A stretch of 53,931 nt of DNA from a virus. Taxonomy: Duplodnaviria > Caudoviricetes. Both the position numbers and the translations under genes were made by a program. The stretch covers positions 1-53,931 of the IMG/VR virus record IMGVR_UViG_3300017780_006886. One strand, given 5' to 3'. Below are positions 41,113 to 50,552 of the stretch, piece after piece. Under the pieces are notes generated by a model, which made no database searches, was not told the origin of the DNA, and saw only the letters and a list, made by a program, of their open reading frames with translations. Position 1 is the stretch's first letter. The number at the start of each line of letters is the position of its first letter.

Positions 41113-42311
41113 TACGTAGGCTGACACCAGCTGATGCATCATTATATCATGACCACCTGCACAGGGTAGCTGATAACAAAGGCTGGTTTTATTCGTCCCC
41201 GTTGCCAGGAGATCCAACCCATTGGCTAGAAAAAGATTGGGTACACATATGGGCCAGGTTTGATACGAATGGCAATATCACACAATCCATGCGTGTTCAC
41301 ATAAACATTAAGCATATTCCAGAAGCTTTAATAGTAAATTATCAAAGCGAACTTCCGGGATTGTTTAATCCAGCCAGAGACATGTTGCCTATACTGGATG
41401 TTGTAATGACCTATTTTGAAAACATGGGCGTATACAATTTCATTCTTGTTAGGAAATTTGGCTTCTTTGAATGGCGAAAGAATAAATTTTTTGAAGATGT
41501 TCCTCCACTAAACAGATATAACTGCTATATAGACGAAGTTGTATCAGCTGGTTGTGCGTCTAACTATAGTGCGCATCGATTTTTTGCTTTTGATGAAATA
41601 TATCCTGTTGACACCAGCGTGGTTAATATGTCGTTGAAACAAGAGCTTAGAAGTTACCAAGGAAAAAAAGTTTTCCCAGACACAAAAGAGATGCATAAGA
41701 GATTGCAAAATAAACAATCATTCTGTATAATTGGCTACAATCCAGCAAGTCAAAAACTTGGCAATGCATTGGTAGCTAATCTAGTGAGTCACAATGTGAC
41801 TACCATCGGCAAGGATAACTTTGATTTCTCTCTAGAGAATTGGAATGCCGCACTCGGGACTCGTCTTGCTGGACTTGGTACACCATTGGTTATTATCATA
41901 AACTTATTTGATCACAATAGGATGTCCTTGCAACAAGAAATATTTGATCTAGTTTGGAAAGAATACAAAAACAATGCAGATGTGCATATTGTAGTGCTTG
42001 GCTCATTTGCACATCACCTCGACGAAGAAAACTTCATATCAAAAGAGTATTTTACTGCTAAAAAAATGTTAAGCAACACCTGCTTTCAGCGAGTGACCAA
42101 GACAGCATTTAAATGTAAATTACTATTGGTTGAGCCAGCTGTTATAGAGTCTTATCTTATTGAGCACACACCAGACTGGACTGTGTATTATTTGACCACT
42201 GACGAGGCAGCTAAAAAAATACTTGAGCTGATAGAAATTAATTCACAGTTCTTATCGGCTGCTATTGCTGGTTCGCATTTATACACGCCCAACAACGGAG
42301 ATTCTATATAA
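41109..42311 (+). CDS. Two-domain protein: GNAT-like N-half plus SDR-like C-half (start corrected to 41109)
   Basis: ATGA overlap with the desaturase 2 stop. The N-terminus MIRRLTPADA is typical of GNATs. The C-half has IVVLGS, YFTAK (YxxxK) and LLLVEPAVIES as in SDRs, with a degenerate glycine motif. Confidence 0.5.
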   Translation: MIRRLTPADASLYHDHLHRVADNKGWFYSSPLPGDPTHWLEKDWVHIWARFDTNGNITQSMRVHINIKHIPEALIVNYQSELPGLFNPARDMLPILDVVMTYFENMGVYNFILVRKFGFFEWRKNKFFEDVPPLNRYNCYIDEVVSAGCASNYSAHRFFAFDEIYPVDTSVVNMSLKQELRSYQGKKVFPDTKEMHKRLQNKQSFCIIGYNPASQKLGNALVANLVSHNVTTIGKDNFDFSLENWNAALGTRLAGLGTPLVIIINLFDHNRMSLQQEIFDLVWKEYKNNADVHIVVLGSFAHHLDEENFISKEYFTAKKMLSNTCFQRVTKTAFKCKLLLVEPAVIESYLIEHTPDWTVYYLTTDEAAKKILELIEINSQFLSAAIAGSHLYTPNNGDSI

Positions 42312-43963
42312 TGGCTGACGCAGTTATTTTTGGTGGCTATAATCATGTCTGGTTTGCAACAAAGCCGGCCGGCGCACATGTCATTGCAAGTACTTTTAGA
42401 GACATGGGCATGACAGCAGTGGTTGTGGATCATGTGTTTGCGATCTCTATGTATTCTCCGTACTGGATGAGTGAAATTATTAAAAAATTTATTGACAAAG
42501 ATACAAAATTTATATGCTTGTCCACTACATTGCTTGGTCCTGTAACAGCAGGCGTATCATCAATGAGTGAGTGTGATAATTTGTTCGAGCCTATCATGAA
42601 TGAAATCAAAGCAATAGCACCACAGGCTGTTTTTGTGGTTGGTGGACCATTTATGGCCATGGAGCAAGAAACCAGATTGCCATTTGATTACAAAGTCAAA
42701 GGACAAGGAGAAGTCTGTATACGAGCAATCGCAGCCAAAGTTATATCGGGGCACGAACTAATACTAGATGATGATGGTTATGTAAGTGATAAAATTTATG
42801 ACTATGGTACCTTCAATGAAGATGCTTCTTTAATTTTTACCAAGGATGATGCAATACTCAAAAACGAAACACTTCCAATTGAGTTTGCTAGAGGGTGCGT
42901 GTTTAAATGCGCCTACTGTGATTATGCGCTAACCGGAAAAAACTTTGGTGACTTCAATAAATCAGAAGAAGTTATGTACGCTACACTGATGTCAAACTAT
43001 GAAAAGTTTGGTACTACTAACTATGTGGCCTCCGATGATACGCTGAATGACAGCGAAGAAAAAGTTGATCAATTGCTAAAGGTATCTAAACGATTGCCAT
43101 TCCAATTGCAATTTGGTGCATATCTTCGATCAGAGCTACTGGAAAAACATCCTGACATGGCCGCAAAATTGCTGGATGCTGGGCTTCGTGGTGCAAATAT
43201 TGGAATAGAAACCTTGAACAAAAAAGCAGGATCTACAGTCGGAAAAGGCTACGGCATGAAAGCAGTTGACACACTGTTAAAAGCCAGGGATACCTGGAAC
43301 GGAGCTGTATCAGTCAACGCCAATCTAATTCTAGGATTACCATATGATACAGTAGAAGATCTTAAGATCCAGAACGACATATTTCTTAATAATGACTTAT
43401 GCGACTTCCTTTTCTACAGTAGATTAGGTATACCTAAGAAAAATAAAGGAACTGGCGCATCTTTATTCTCTGAGGGTAGCTGGGGAAAGTATTATAAAGA
43501 AATGGATCCTACCAGTTCCAAATATGCACAATTATTAGAACACTATAAAGATGACGCATTTGAGTTATACTGGATAGATAGATCCATCGTGTGGGAAAGA
43601 AAAGAGGATGGGTTTGATTATCTAGACGCAATACTGCTAATAGACAGATTTAATAATGACTGGTACAAAACGCACGATCGTTTAATAAATCATTTAGGAT
43701 CATTCAATGCGGTGCAATTACTGTCGGATTTTTCAATGGATGAACTCAGAGCTTACCCGTTTGAAAAATGGTCACAGCCTGACGTTACAGGGATTAATAG
43801 ATTTCATGCGCATGGGATAAAAAAAGTAGTAGAGTACCGCAAACTACTGATGTCAGACAAGATATCAGTTCCTAGTACCACTACACCTTTGTATCTAGAT
43901 CCAGTGCCGCCGACATATATGCCATTCCAATCAAAGATTAAAATACATGTGGCTAAAGATTAA
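42311..43963 (+). CDS. Radical SAM protein with a B12-binding-like N-terminal domain, copy 2
   Basis: EFARGCVFKCAYC, DDTLND, GIETLN, ILGLPYDT and VVGG; paralogous to 38727-40214. Confidence 0.85.
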   Translation: MADAVIFGGYNHVWFATKPAGAHVIASTFRDMGMTAVVVDHVFAISMYSPYWMSEIIKKFIDKDTKFICLSTTLLGPVTAGVSSMSECDNLFEPIMNEIKAIAPQAVFVVGGPFMAMEQETRLPFDYKVKGQGEVCIRAIAAKVISGHELILDDDGYVSDKIYDYGTFNEDASLIFTKDDAILKNETLPIEFARGCVFKCAYCDYALTGKNFGDFNKSEEVMYATLMSNYEKFGTTNYVASDDTLNDSEEKVDQLLKVSKRLPFQLQFGAYLRSELLEKHPDMAAKLLDAGLRGANIGIETLNKKAGSTVGKGYGMKAVDTLLKARDTWNGAVSVNANLILGLPYDTVEDLKIQNDIFLNNDLCDFLFYSRLGIPKKNKGTGASLFSEGSWGKYYKEMDPTSSKYAQLLEHYKDDAFELYWIDRSIVWERKEDGFDYLDAILLIDRFNNDWYKTHDRLINHLGSFNAVQLLSDFSMDELRAYPFEKWSQPDVTGINRFHAHGIKKVVEYRKLLMSDKISVPSTTTPLYLDPVPPTYMPFQSKIKIHVAKD

Positions 43964-44499
43964 GCGGCGCAGATAACAAGGTGTATTCTCTCGGTCATCC
44001 CGCCGTTGTATACAAAATGCTCTAGTCGAGTATCAACCTTATAAAAGATTCCGTTAGCAGGAACATGCTGACAAAATGCCATTCCTGTATTTTTACTAAC
44101 ACATACATAGCTAAACGGGTTGGTTGTTAACACATAGTGAAATCTAACGTTAGAATCTGTATGCACAGTTAGTCCAGTTTTTGGAGGTAGGCGCATGTAT
44201 CTGACCCTGCCAACATCAAATCGTTGTTGTTCGGCTAATGCAATGATTTGATTTTTTGTATACTCTGGGATACCTTGGTTCCAGTTAGAAAATTCTGCTT
44301 CCTGTGCTAGATATACATTGTTATCGTAATCATAAAAACTACCTACAGCATCAAGCCACTCATCTTCTGCACCAGTGCGGTGCCGTAGTGCAATTTGATT
44401 ACTGTTAGCCCATGGATGCAAGGCCAGCACAGTTTCTAAATCTGCAATCATTTGATTGTGGTCAGCTTGGAATTTAATTTGTTTAATGAATACGCTCAT
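43960..44499 (-). CDS. 2OG-Fe(II) oxygenase (Asp/Asn beta-hydroxylase-like)
   Basis: HTD (HxD), a distal His in EHFVYNGG and Arg in ERIHLV. Confidence 0.75.
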   Translation of the reverse strand: MSVFIKQIKFQADHNQMIADLETVLALHPWANSNQIALRHRTGAEDEWLDAVGSFYDYDNNVYLAQEAEFSNWNQGIPEYTKNQIIALAEQQRFDVGRVRYMRLPPKTGLTVHTDSNVRFHYVLTTNPFSYVCVSKNTGMAFCQHVPANGIFYKVDTRLEHFVYNGGMTERIHLVICAA

Positions 44500-44503
44500 G
44501 TTA

Positions 44504-45058
44504 TTATTTAATACCGATCAACATATAGCGAGTGAACTTCCACCCTGGGTACTCAAAAGGTAGTTTGCCTTTGTAGACCATTTGGCTCAGCTGATACTGA
44601 TAACAAAATGTATCAAGATCGTCAACAATACCCACATGGTCGTCGTGTGGCATGTTGTTGCTCTGTAGCACAACACGAGTGCCTGTTGGTATATTCTCCC
44701 ACCATTGAGTGTTATCAAAGTGTTCTGTTGATGTGTTGATGATCAAGTCTGCATCGGTAATCAGATTATTGCAATCGGCTGTGTTGGCTTTAAACTTCCA
44801 ATCTTGCCATACCCAGTTTTCGTTTATCATGTCGGCAACAGGTTCACAGGCAGGGTCTTGATCGTAACTGCGTATCTTTTCAACTTCGAATCGGCCCCTG
44901 CTCAGTAACAAAAATGCAGTAACCGCAAGCCAGCCTCCGTATATAGCAGTCTCACGACTGGTCCACTCAGTGCGTTCCAGCTCTTCACACAGCCATATCT
45001 TGCTGCCAATTTGTCCGCTACTAAAAGCGTCTTGGTGAATGTTAAAATGTTTGGTCAT
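44504..45058 (-). CDS. Class I SAM-dependent methyltransferase-like protein
   Basis: AIYGGW, RSYDQD and LIINTSTEH; ATGA overlap with the upstream radical SAM gene. Confidence 0.6.
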   Translation of the reverse strand: MTKHFNIHQDAFSSGQIGSKIWLCEELERTEWTSRETAIYGGWLAVTAFLLLSRGRFEVEKIRSYDQDPACEPVADMINENWVWQDWKFKANTADCNNLITDADLIINTSTEHFDNTQWWENIPTGTRVVLQSNNMPHDDHVGIVDDLDTFCYQYQLSQMVYKGKLPFEYPGWKFTRYMLIGIK

Positions 45059-46419
45059 GATTTTTCGCAAAGAGTATAAAAATCTTTCATTTTAGGAAAT
45101 GTTTCTAAAAAGTTAGTGCCACGTCGACGATCGTGCTCGTCAACAAATACTTTAAAATCTCTACGAAACATATCCAGTTGTGGCATTGGATCGGTTAACC
45201 TAGATTCAAAGTACTCTAGAATTCTTTCAATTTTATGTAGTTCCCAGTCGCCAAATGTATTGTTACGGTGCAGTATTTTAACATAATTTAATTGTTGTTG
45301 TATGTAGATTAAATAATCAGCTGGTAGGATATCAATTGACATCATTTTTGGATTTGCCATATACACTGTGTCGACTATCACCCTGTTATTAAACGTTTTC
45401 TTTAACTGCACCATGTCTATTAGGAAATTAACATAGGATGTTACACTCATTGCATTGTAGGTACTCATTAAACTTACTCTTGCATCCGGCACCTGTGTTA
45501 AAAACAACTTGCAATTATCTAACCATTCATTGTAGTCCATCCCGTTACGTATATATTCTGCGTGTGCGCCATGTGCTTCGCAACTGGTGTACAGCACAAA
45601 TGATTTTATTGCTTTTGCTTCTAGCATGATTTTTACTTTTTCAGTGAAACGTTGTATGAGCACAGGCGGTACACACATATTACTGTTGACAGCTAGGTCT
45701 AGATCTGGCCGTGGGTTTGCAATTATCCAATCAAATACTTTAAACGTATGGGGACTCAATAATGGTTCACCACCGGTGATTCGAATTTTTTTAAGGTGAG
45801 GGTAAGAGTCCGGCCACCATTGCCAGAATGCATCTATGTATGGATTGGGATCACGGTCCGGAATAGGCATTTTTCCGCTACGAGAAATTTGCTGTAGCGT
45901 GATCAACGGAAATTCAGTTGGATATGACCCATGTTCTTTTAGCTCTTTCATCCAGCTACTGCTCACATCCGCACTGCAATAGCTACATTTAAAATTACAA
46001 GTGGTGCTAAAACTAACTTCCATATCGGTGGGGTAAGGATTTGCATTCCACCCAGCAGATACCAAGTCTTCAAGTTCTGCCATTGGGTACCCTGCACTTT
46101 TAAGCACACGATCAGAAAACACATCCTTACTGTTCACTGTGTCTTCGATGTTCCAGCAGTAACGACATTCTCTTGGTCTACGCTTCTCTAGCATTTCTCT
46201 ACGCTGATATTTCTTGTGACGAGAATTGTGCAAAGATCCTGGATTTTCCAGTTCGTCGAGTTGAGTCTGGTGGGTAGCAGGATGATGGCAACTGTGATTG
46301 TGACCATTTTCTAGATGTAGAGTAACCTGATGCCATTTGGCCATGCACATGCCTGGCCCCACTGCGTCAAGTTTTTCTTTTACTGATCGATAAAAAGTTA
46401 GTGCGTGTTCAGTCGTCAT
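45055..46419 (-). CDS. Radical SAM protein with an N-terminal Twitch/SPASM-like domain
   Basis: CMAKW..HSCHH..ECRYCW auxiliary Cys cluster; CNFKCSYC; ITGGEPLL. Confidence 0.88.
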   Translation of the reverse strand: MTTEHALTFYRSVKEKLDAVGPGMCMAKWHQVTLHLENGHNHSCHHPATHQTQLDELENPGSLHNSRHKKYQRREMLEKRRPRECRYCWNIEDTVNSKDVFSDRVLKSAGYPMAELEDLVSAGWNANPYPTDMEVSFSTTCNFKCSYCSADVSSSWMKELKEHGSYPTEFPLITLQQISRSGKMPIPDRDPNPYIDAFWQWWPDSYPHLKKIRITGGEPLLSPHTFKVFDWIIANPRPDLDLAVNSNMCVPPVLIQRFTEKVKIMLEAKAIKSFVLYTSCEAHGAHAEYIRNGMDYNEWLDNCKLFLTQVPDARVSLMSTYNAMSVTSYVNFLIDMVQLKKTFNNRVIVDTVYMANPKMMSIDILPADYLIYIQQQLNYVKILHRNNTFGDWELHKIERILEYFESRLTDPMPQLDMFRRDFKVFVDEHDRRRGTNFLETFPKMKDFYTLCEKS

Positions 46420-48013
46420 TGTTGAATTGTTCTTTAAGAAAGTCGTAGTCGTTTATTAACTGCATACGGTCAGTGCCAGCATTTTCAAGACCAAATTTTT
46501 GTCCAGCCTGGGCGCCTGCGATTGCCCATTCTCCAAATGCGGCGCCTGCGCCGCGAGCTAACCATGCTTGTAATCGCTGTTCAGTTTCGTTATCCACCTG
46601 CCCAGTAATAGACCTGGATGCTAACTTAGCACATTCTCTAAAGCCACTCCTCCAGGCATCATACTTGGAGGTATTGAATTTTGTGACACAACTGATTTCT
46701 GGCATTACCTTTATGTATTTTGCTATGGTTGTGGTCATGTCTACGATGATATCATGAGCAGTAGAAAACATTTGTTTTGCAAACAGTTTTACTCCTCCGT
46801 AACCGTACACACATAGGTTTACAGGATTAAGACTATGCCAGACATATACTGTTTCAGAATTGACTTGATCTGCATTAACTGAAAACATAAATGAATCCAG
46901 AACACACGCATCAGCATCAACTACAAAAAATAAATCAGTGGTGCTCAATTCAGACGCGGCCTTGTGAGCATTGTATATACCCTGTATATTGTCTATACGT
47001 TTTGCAGCTGGGTATACTTTTAATAGTTGCTGCCAGTTTTCTTCTGCATTGGATTCTCCATTGGCAATGAATACCACATCAGTGTCTAACACTAATGGTA
47101 AAGCAGTTACATAGCCCATTGGTTCTCTAGCATTTCGAGGCAGATTATTGTAATTTAATTTAAAAAATCTACTACTGTTTTTGTCAATGCACGAAACATC
47201 AAATCCTAGTTTTGAATTAATTTCTTGTCCAATGCGAATTGATTCTTCACTGATATCTTTCTTTTGTTCTTTGTGATATAGCGATGTTAGATAGTCGAAA
47301 TCACGCACCTGCCGGTAATCCCAGTCTGTCAGCATGGTCATGTGTGTGCCAAGGCGGGCACCATATATTGCCCAGTCTCCGTGGATAACATCAGTACCAA
47401 TATTCATCCAGATTGACAAACGTTGACGATTCCAGGCCCACAAATTGCCTAGATTATTAAACACTGCTAACGTTGGCTTGACTCCGTTTTTTAAGCACAT
47501 TTTAACACCTTCGCGGAATCCAGCACGAAATGCTTGTAATGCACTGGCATTGTTATGCGATATTGAATAACATTCTGACAGGTGTTGATAATTACTATTC
47601 CAACAAAAATCAACCTGGTTGGTATCGTCTTCTGCTGCTTCGTGTGTTTTCATGTTCCACACATGCTCTCTTGTCCAGCATTTTAGACCGCCATTTCCGT
47701 ACACCAGCCCATTGATATGATTTCTTCCAGCCCAGCTTAGTTGAGTTTGGTCTCCGTTGGTCCAACGATCCAGATCAACTTGATGATCAAAAAACACAGG
47801 ATCAACTATGTTGTCCCCATCCACGGTGATAAACCTTTCGGTGTTGCTCAGATCAGCACAGGCCTTGTGGGCGGCGTCTGACCCTTTGACCCCATGCACA
47901 CGCAACGCCCATGGGGCCTTGGTCAGCAAATCAGCGTAGTTTTTTTCTGCGTTAGGCTCATCGTAGCTGAGAAAAATACAATCAAGGTCGGCTAATTTAA
48001 TCAAATTGCTCAT
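46409..48013 (-). CDS. Glycosyltransferase with two tandem GT-A-like domains
   Basis: DxD motifs VDGDN and VDADA; the two halves share NAE.N, AHKA, YG.GG.K and R.GFRE..K. Confidence 0.72.
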   Translation of the reverse strand: MSNLIKLADLDCIFLSYDEPNAEKNYADLLTKAPWALRVHGVKGSDAAHKACADLSNTERFITVDGDNIVDPVFFDHQVDLDRWTNGDQTQLSWAGRNHINGLVYGNGGLKCWTREHVWNMKTHEAAEDDTNQVDFCWNSNYQHLSECYSISHNNASALQAFRAGFREGVKMCLKNGVKPTLAVFNNLGNLWAWNRQRLSIWMNIGTDVIHGDWAIYGARLGTHMTMLTDWDYRQVRDFDYLTSLYHKEQKKDISEESIRIGQEINSKLGFDVSCIDKNSSRFFKLNYNNLPRNAREPMGYVTALPLVLDTDVVFIANGESNAEENWQQLLKVYPAAKRIDNIQGIYNAHKAASELSTTDLFFVVDADACVLDSFMFSVNADQVNSETVYVWHSLNPVNLCVYGYGGVKLFAKQMFSTAHDIIVDMTTTIAKYIKVMPEISCVTKFNTSKYDAWRSGFRECAKLASRSITGQVDNETEQRLQAWLARGAGAAFGEWAIAGAQAGQKFGLENAGTDRMQLINDYDFLKEQFNNDD

Positions 48014-48542
48014 GTACGTAGTTTCCTAAGGGTATTGGTGAAAAAAACCTTATGTCGTCGTCGCCTTGATAGATGTGTATCAAGGGGTCAGTTGACAGTG
48101 TATTGCCAGGAATTCTTAATTCCCAGATTGGGTAATGCGGATCGTTGGTTTTACATGCCATTAGTATAACAGATTGCTGTAAAACATCTAGATCAATTAT
48201 TGATCTAGGTGTAGCCACGATGTGTATGTTTTTGGTTTTTTTATACTGCTTGATATAGACATCAACGTCACCGGATGCCACTGTAGGTACACTATACCTC
48301 TGCACATAAGAAGTTACAGTTGATTTAATTTTTATATCATTAAATTTTTTCTCTAGTCGGCCTTGATGTAGCTCAGCATTGTCAATTACTACTAAAAATC
48401 TATGTCCGTGAAATTGATTAGCTATGAGTAAATTTTCGTCAGACTCGCTTAATTCAATAAATGGATTTGTCGCTGATCGATCTACACTAGGTGCCATTTG
48501 TGTAATTTCTCGTGTGTCTTTGTTGTAGTAGATATATTTCAT
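47997..48542 (-). CDS. Hypothetical protein
   Basis: 181-aa ORF overlapping both of its glycosyltransferase neighbours. Confidence 0.7.
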   Translation of the reverse strand: MKYIYYNKDTREITQMAPSVDRSATNPFIELSESDENLLIANQFHGHRFLVVIDNAELHQGRLEKKFNDIKIKSTVTSYVQRYSVPTVASGDVDVYIKQYKKTKNIHIVATPRSIIDLDVLQQSVILMACKTNDPHYPIWELRIPGNTLSTDPLIHIYQGDDDIRFFSPIPLGNYVHEQFD

Positions 48543-49339
48543 TTGAATATTTCCATGACATGAGTATTAGCAAAATCTTTACTCACATAGTGTAACACAC
48601 CTTGTTGTATATAGTCGCCAAATTTTAAATTTTTTCCATGTATGAAGTAAGGAAGATATTTCTGCCAATCTTCGGGATATTGTTTCCAGCCCTGGCATCC
48701 ACTTTTCATGTGCGTAAAGGTAGGATAATCTCTGGCGGAAGTTACTTCTGATTCGCAATCCAGTATTTTAACAGCAATGGCCATGGCAACATCAATGCTA
48801 GGATATTCCTGCCGATGATGGAAAGAATACAATTCAGACCAGGTGTCCCAGTTGTTGATGATGCTGGTCAGCAGTTGAAAAAAAGTTTCTGCTAGATCTG
48901 ATTTTTTAAAATATGTAAATGCAGAGTAAACATCTGGCAGCTGGTTTGCTCTAAATGTTTTTCTATAAGGACTGTTGGTGACCCATTCATTTCTGTAGGT
49001 TTTAACACGATTGGTTAACAGTAAATCGTAACGATTCATATCAACCCACCATGAACTAATATCAGTTAAAAACAACATGTCTGCATCTAGTATAACAGTT
49101 TCATCATAGGGAGACAGATCATAAAACTGGCAACGATTGTGTATCTTCCACACAGCATCACCAGACATGTCGGTTGGCAGCTCAATGAACTTGTCCACGG
49201 CAGAATGTTTGGTTACATCGCAGTCAACAATGATGCTGATGTTGTTCACAGCGGATTGTGTTTGCTTGATGCTCTTAGCCAGTGCTATAGCCATGTCTAG
49301 ATAGTTGCCCTGAGCCATAACTAGGTAACCTTTAGTCAT
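48539..49339 (-). CDS. GT-A glycosyltransferase (GT8/mannosyltransferase-like)
   Basis: LSPYDETVILDADMLF (DxD), FTHMK and LHY. Confidence 0.75.
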   Translation of the reverse strand: MTKGYLVMAQGNYLDMAIALAKSIKQTQSAVNNISIIVDCDVTKHSAVDKFIELPTDMSGDAVWKIHNRCQFYDLSPYDETVILDADMLFLTDISSWWVDMNRYDLLLTNRVKTYRNEWVTNSPYRKTFRANQLPDVYSAFTYFKKSDLAETFFQLLTSIINNWDTWSELYSFHHRQEYPSIDVAMAIAVKILDCESEVTSARDYPTFTHMKSGCQGWKQYPEDWQKYLPYFIHGKNLKFGDYIQQGVLHYVSKDFANTHVMEIFK

Positions 49340-50153
49340 TGTTTAGTTCCTTTGTTGCCAGTGGCACAAGATCAAATTTATTCATGACATGGATATCGTG
49401 ATTATGTACCCGACGGATGCCAAACAGTTCATTGTATAGTGTTATTGATCGATTGGTCATAGTATGTATATTCACTTCATCAGTTACGTGTACCAAGGTC
49501 CATGGAAGTGTTGAGCACCATGCGGCATTTTGTGTTCCACCAAGTTCGTGTAGTGCAATGCTCCAGATATGGTCGTTGCGCAGTAGTTTAAATATTCCAT
49601 AGATATTTCTCAACCAGTTGTAATTGCCGCGAACCCATTTGCAGGTTTCAAAGAACACACGAGATTCCTCTGTCTTGCGAAAATAAAATTGTGTAGCCCA
49701 GTAGAAGTTAATCCCTGGGTCGCTTAGTCGCAAGAATTCTGATCTTGTGGTGTGTACATCAAATGCATCCACTGATTTTTCGCACACCATGAGATCATCA
49801 CGGCTGTTCCATACCCGGTTCATCACAGCGGACTGTATCACAATGTCAGTGTCCATCACCATGGTTTCATCATAGGGCGTGAGTTCCCATGCATTGCATC
49901 GATCATAGTTATGGAAGGAAAGTTGTCTGTCTCTGTATCTTTTAGACTGCGCATAGCTGATTTCTGAACTGATGATCTGGTCAAAATATTTTACCAGGCC
50001 TTTTTGCTCAAGACTTTCTATTGTTTGTCTGTCAGCTACTAGACTCACCGGCTTGTCCAACCACTGCGATATCCTTTTGGCAGTCCATGCTGCCAGGACG
50101 CCGTAGTCAATTTCTTCGTTGTTGTGAGCAAACAGTAAAAAGCCTTGACTCAT
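49332..50153 (-). CDS. GT-A glycosyltransferase paralog
   Basis: LTPYDETMVMDTD (DxD), RND and HVMNK; paralogous to the adjacent gene. Confidence 0.72.
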   Translation of the reverse strand: MSQGFLLFAHNNEEIDYGVLAAWTAKRISQWLDKPVSLVADRQTIESLEQKGLVKYFDQIISSEISYAQSKRYRDRQLSFHNYDRCNAWELTPYDETMVMDTDIVIQSAVMNRVWNSRDDLMVCEKSVDAFDVHTTRSEFLRLSDPGINFYWATQFYFRKTEESRVFFETCKWVRGNYNWLRNIYGIFKLLRNDHIWSIALHELGGTQNAAWCSTLPWTLVHVTDEVNIHTMTNRSITLYNELFGIRRVHNHDIHVMNKFDLVPLATKELNND

Positions 50154-50494
50154 AGTTTAATCATGGCCTTTACTGATCTTTGTCTGCGTAGCTCAGTGTA
50201 TTCTGTACCAAATTGTTCAGCTGCCAGATTATACGCAGCAACAGCCTGTGCGATAAAGTCCGTGACATCAAGTATCTGCACAGGTGTTTGATTGCGATCC
50301 AGCACCCAGATCGTGTTGCTGGATTGATTTCGTAGCTGTAGTCCTGCCAGGAATTCTGGAGTGATATCAAATTGCCCACCGTTGTGGGCCAGCACACATG
50401 CATCCTGGAATGTTACTTCCAGCAGTTCTCTTTGTTGTTTGAATTGAGTGCGGAGATCCGCCCATTCTAGAATAGTATCAAGTTGTTCAGCCAT
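50150..50494 (-). CDS. Hypothetical protein
   Basis: 114 aa; strong RBS AGGAGG; ATGA overlap with the downstream glycosyltransferase. Confidence 0.75.
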   Translation of the reverse strand: MAEQLDTILEWADLRTQFKQQRELLEVTFQDACVLAHNGGQFDITPEFLAGLQLRNQSSNTIWVLDRNQTPVQILDVTDFIAQAVAAYNLAAEQFGTEYTELRRQRSVKAMIKL

Positions 50495-50552
50495 ATAGCC
50501 TCCTATACGTAATTATCTTAGTAAGGCTGGCTAGAAAATCTTTTAGTGAAAT

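Noticed and set aside
34169-46419. Island as contaminating bacterial DNA
   Set aside because: It overlaps the fibre gene end, shares the TAAATA motif and composition, and is flanked by virion genes on both sides. Read mapping would settle it.
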